Below, one piece after another: positions 61,208 through 64,000 of a stretch of DNA of 64,000 bases; position 1 is the first letter of the stretch; every line of letters begins with the position of its first letter. This stretch comes from an uncultured Gammaproteobacteria bacterium. GTDB taxonomy: Bacteria > Pseudomonadota > Gammaproteobacteria > Steroidobacterales > MnTg04. The position numbers and the translations under genes were made by a program. The notes beneath the pieces are model-generated. The model saw only the letters and a list, made by a program, of their open reading frames with translations. It did not search any database and was not told where the DNA came from. The DNA is taken from positions 5,430 to 69,429 of the forward strand of contig CAZMOM010000008.1 in the NCBI GenBank assembly GCA_964568075.1, written 5' to 3'.

Positions 61208-63781
61208 ATGGTCAAGCCATTGGGAAAGCCATTAGGAAAGCAACCGGAAGGATCTTCTGAGGTAACGGAAGAAAGCGAGTTTCGATTGATCGGCAAACCA
61301 TTCCGGCGCGTCGATGGCCGGGCGAAGGTCACCGGCCGCACGCGGTTTGCCGATGATATGGACTTCCCGCGGATGGCCTTCGTGAAACTCGTACGCAGTA
61401 CCGTACCCCACGCCCGTATTGAATCCATCGATTTGTCAGCAGCCCTGGCCATGAAGGGCGTCCTGGGTACGCTCGTTGGAGAGGAAATCCCCAACTCATT
61501 CGGGATCTTGCCGGTTTCGGAAGACGAGCATGCACTGGCGATCGACACGGTTCGGTTCGTTGGTGACCCCGTTGCCGCGGTGGCCGCTGTCACCGAAGAC
61601 ATCGCCCATGCAGCGGCGCTGGCGGTAAGGGTGGAATACGCCATTCTGCCCACGATCTCCAGTTTCGATGAGGCACTCAAGATCGCCGAACCGAGAATTC
61701 ACGACTACGGCGACGGAGGAAACCTGCACAAGAAAGTTTCGTTGGAGTTTGGAGATGTCGATAGCGGCCTGCAGGAAGCCGATATCGTGCTGGAGGATAT
61801 ATTTTACTACGAGGGCAACACGCATCTGGCGTTGGAACAACACGCTTCGATTGCGATTGCCGAAGACGATGATCGCGTGACTTTGTACTCCTCCACCCAG
61901 ACGCCGCACTACGTGCACCGCGCACTGACGAAGACACTGGGCCTACCATCATCCCGGATACGCGTAGTTTCCTGCTCCAATGGCGGCGGGTTTGGTGGCA
62001 AGACCGATCCCTTCAATCATGAGGTGGTCGTCGCCAAGATGGCGCTGAAACTCGGCAGGCCGGTCAAGATCACGCTGACCCGCGAGGAAGTGTTTTACTG
62101 CCACCGGGGGCGTCACCCGGCGCTGATGCACCTCCGCACAGGCTTCCGCAAGGACGGCGCCATGACCGCTCAGCACCTGCGCACGGCACTCGACGGCGGT
62201 GCCTTCGGCAGCTACGGCGTCGCAAGCCTTTATTATACCGGTGCGTTGCAGACCACAACCTATCGTCTGCCAAATTACCGGTTCGATGGCGCCCGGGCGT
62301 TTACTAACAAGCCACCCTGCGGGCCAAAGCGCGGTCATGGCACGCCGCAACCCCGATTCGCGTTTGAGATTCACCTGGACAAAGCGGCGCACGCGCTGGG
62401 CATCGATCCAGCCGAGTTGCGCCTGCGGAACCTGGTATCGCCCGACACGATTACGGCGAACTGGTTGCAGATAGGTACGATCGGGCTGCGTGAGTGCATC
62501 GAGGCCGTGGTGGCAGGCAGTAATTGGCCGGAGCGTTACGGCAAACTGCCGGAAGGGCGCGGTCTTGGTCTGGCCTGTAGTGCTTATATGTGCGGCGCAG
62601 GTCTGCCGATCTACTGGAACCACATGCCCCAGTCAGGAGTTCAGCTACAGCTGGACCGCAGTGGTCGTGTCGCGGTGTTCTGTGGCGAAGCGGAAATCGG
62701 CCAGGGCTCGGACAGCGTGCTGGCCGCGGTTGTTGCCGAGGTCCTGGGGATCGATCTACAAGACATCCGCCTGTGCGTGGGGGATACGGATCTGACACCG
62801 GTGGACCTGGGCAGCTATTCCTCCCGGGTGACGCTAATGATGGGTCAGGCCGCCATGCAGGCAGCCGGGCGAGCCCGGGACATGATTGCCGAATCCGTTG
62901 CCGAGCACCTCGAGGTGCCGGCGGACACACTGGTCTTCGCTGATCGCCGGGTCTTCCCGGCCGGCGAGCCGGACAGCGGTCTGGACTTCAACGAAGCAGT
63001 CGTGGTCACGGAATCCCGTTTCGGGACGCTGGGCACGACCGGATCGTATATTCCGCCGCGGGCGCCAGGGCGTTACCGTGGGTCCGGTGTCGGCCCCTCC
63101 CCGACTTACTCGTACACAGCTGCCGTCATCGAGGTGGAAGTAGATCCAGACACGGGTCTGTACAACGTGGAACACGTCTGGTGCGCACACGATATCGGCC
63201 GGGCGATCAACCCGGTCCTGGCCCAGGGCCAGATCGAAGGCAGCATCTACATGGGGCTGGGCGAAGCGATGATGGAGGAACAGGTTTTTCGCCGGCTGCC
63301 CAAGCATTTATCGCCGGCGCTCGTGCACAAGATGCCATCCATGCTGGAATACAAGAGCCCCGGCTTCCACGATATGCCGGGCATCACCAGTTACATGATC
63401 GAAACCGTTGACGAGCGGGGTCCGTTCGGAGCGAAGGAAGCGGGTCAGGGTCCGCTGCTTCCCGTGTTACCGGCATTGGCGAATGCCATCTTCGATGCTG
63501 TTGGCGTGCGCGTGGATCAGGTGCCGATTCAGCCCGACATGGTACTCAAGGGCCTGCAGGCGAAGGCTGACGGGAAGGACGCGCGGGTCGGGCCGAAGAC
63601 ATTTCCACCTATCGAGTTCGGAGAACTGTTGCGGGTACCGACACCAGAGCAAGGTGGGGACGGGCGGGCGTTGGGGGATCCAAAGGCGAAGCATGCCGGT
63701 GTTCGGTCGGCATCGGGCACGATGAAGGACCGCGAAGAAGCATTGAAGGAGCACAGCAGTGCTACGCTTACCACCGATTGA
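61208..63781 (+). CDS. Molybdopterin-binding large subunit of a xanthine-dehydrogenase-family hydroxylase
   Basis: IGKPFRRVDGRAKVTGRTRFADD, GGGFGGKTD, EIGQGSDSVLA, FGAKEAGQGPLLPVLPALANAI. A C-terminal tail of about 80 aa lacks obvious family character. Confidence 0.9.
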   Translation: MVKPLGKPLGKQPEGSSEVTEESEFRLIGKPFRRVDGRAKVTGRTRFADDMDFPRMAFVKLVRSTVPHARIESIDLSAALAMKGVLGTLVGEEIPNSFGILPVSEDEHALAIDTVRFVGDPVAAVAAVTEDIAHAAALAVRVEYAILPTISSFDEALKIAEPRIHDYGDGGNLHKKVSLEFGDVDSGLQEADIVLEDIFYYEGNTHLALEQHASIAIAEDDDRVTLYSSTQTPHYVHRALTKTLGLPSSRIRVVSCSNGGGFGGKTDPFNHEVVVAKMALKLGRPVKITLTREEVFYCHRGRHPALMHLRTGFRKDGAMTAQHLRTALDGGAFGSYGVASLYYTGALQTTTYRLPNYRFDGARAFTNKPPCGPKRGHGTPQPRFAFEIHLDKAAHALGIDPAELRLRNLVSPDTITANWLQIGTIGLRECIEAVVAGSNWPERYGKLPEGRGLGLACSAYMCGAGLPIYWNHMPQSGVQLQLDRSGRVAVFCGEAEIGQGSDSVLAAVVAEVLGIDLQDIRLCVGDTDLTPVDLGSYSSRVTLMMGQAAMQAAGRARDMIAESVAEHLEVPADTLVFADRRVFPAGEPDSGLDFNEAVVVTESRFGTLGTTGSYIPPRAPGRYRGSGVGPSPTYSYTAAVIEVEVDPDTGLYNVEHVWCAHDIGRAINPVLAQGQIEGSIYMGLGEAMMEEQVFRRLPKHLSPALVHKMPSMLEYKSPGFHDMPGITSYMIETVDERGPFGAKEAGQGPLLPVLPALANAIFDAVGVRVDQVPIQPDMVLKGLQAKADGKDARVGPKTFPPIEFGELLRVPTPEQGGDGRALGDPKAKHAGVRSASGTMKDREEALKEHSSATLTTD

Positions 63782-64000
63782 GTTCAAGACGGCCAGGCGC
63801 ATGGAAGATGTCCTAGCGGCACTGGCCGGCGATGAAGTTCGGTTGGTGGCCGGCGGCACTGACCTGTGGCCGAATATGAAACGCCGGCATCAGCAGGCCA
63901 AAACGGTTGTCAGTTTGATGTCCATCCCGGAGCTGCGGGGCATCGAGCAGGCCGATGGCGATCTGCGCGTGGGTGCAACCACAACACTCACCGATATCGT
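63759..64000 (+). CDS. FAD-binding medium subunit of the same molybdenum hydroxylase (5' part only; runs off the window)
   Basis: In-frame translation VLRLPPIEFKTARRMEDVLAALAGDEVRLVAGGTDLWPNMKRR...DLRVGATTTLTDI matches the CoxM/HcrB-type FAD-domain N-terminus. GTG 63759 overlaps the large-subunit stop. Confidence 0.75.
   Translation, partial: MLRLPPIEFKTARRMEDVLAALAGDEVRLVAGGTDLWPNMKRRHQQAKTVVSLMSIPELRGIEQADGDLRVGATTTLTDI

Noticed and set aside
63601-63800. Apparent duplication of the FAD-subunit N-terminus (PPIEF) in the C-terminal tail of the Mo subunit.
   Set aside because: Only a 5-residue, roughly 14-of-17-nt match. The spacing of the following residues does not fit the FAD-domain N-terminal pattern, so it is probably coincidence.

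Overview
A chromosomal segment from a moderately GC-rich proteobacterium. No rRNA, intact tRNA, CRISPR array, transposase or integrase was found. The window falls into four blocks. (1) 0.5-26 kb is a methylotrophy island. It holds NAD-formate dehydrogenase, two PQQ methanol/ethanol-family dehydrogenases (a xoxF-xoxG-xoxJ unit, and a second enzyme with its own dihaem cytochrome c), an oxalate/formate-type MFS transporter, PQQ-associated accessory genes (YVTN beta-propeller, SoxYZ-like carrier, MBL-fold hydrolase), two TonB-dependent receptors, glutathione-dependent formaldehyde dehydrogenase and a porin. (2) 30.8-38.6 kb is a Calvin-cycle operon (fbp-prk-tkt-cbbM-gph-cbbY) with form II RuBisCO, preceded by an atypical LuxR-type regulator rather than cbbR. 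(3) 39.7-45.6 kb is an all-cytoplasmic cluster of two GT4 glycosyltransferases and two GH130 phosphorylase-like genes. (4) 46-64 kb holds envelope-lipid genes (mlaFEDB, ydbH-ynbE-ydbL, PAP2), a Xi-class GST, and a BzdR-type regulator divergent from a three-subunit molybdenum hydroxylase that is cut off at the window end. Points worth follow-up: the uncharacterised quinoprotein relay genes upstream of xoxF; a roughly 95-bp palindromic repeat present three times; a cbbY whose catalytic motif lies upstream of any canonical start codon; a TonB receptor whose ATG is out of frame at a T8 tract; a phased direct-repeat array in a gene-poor gap; and the GT4/GH130 cluster. All family calls rest on motif recognition by eye, with no database search run.
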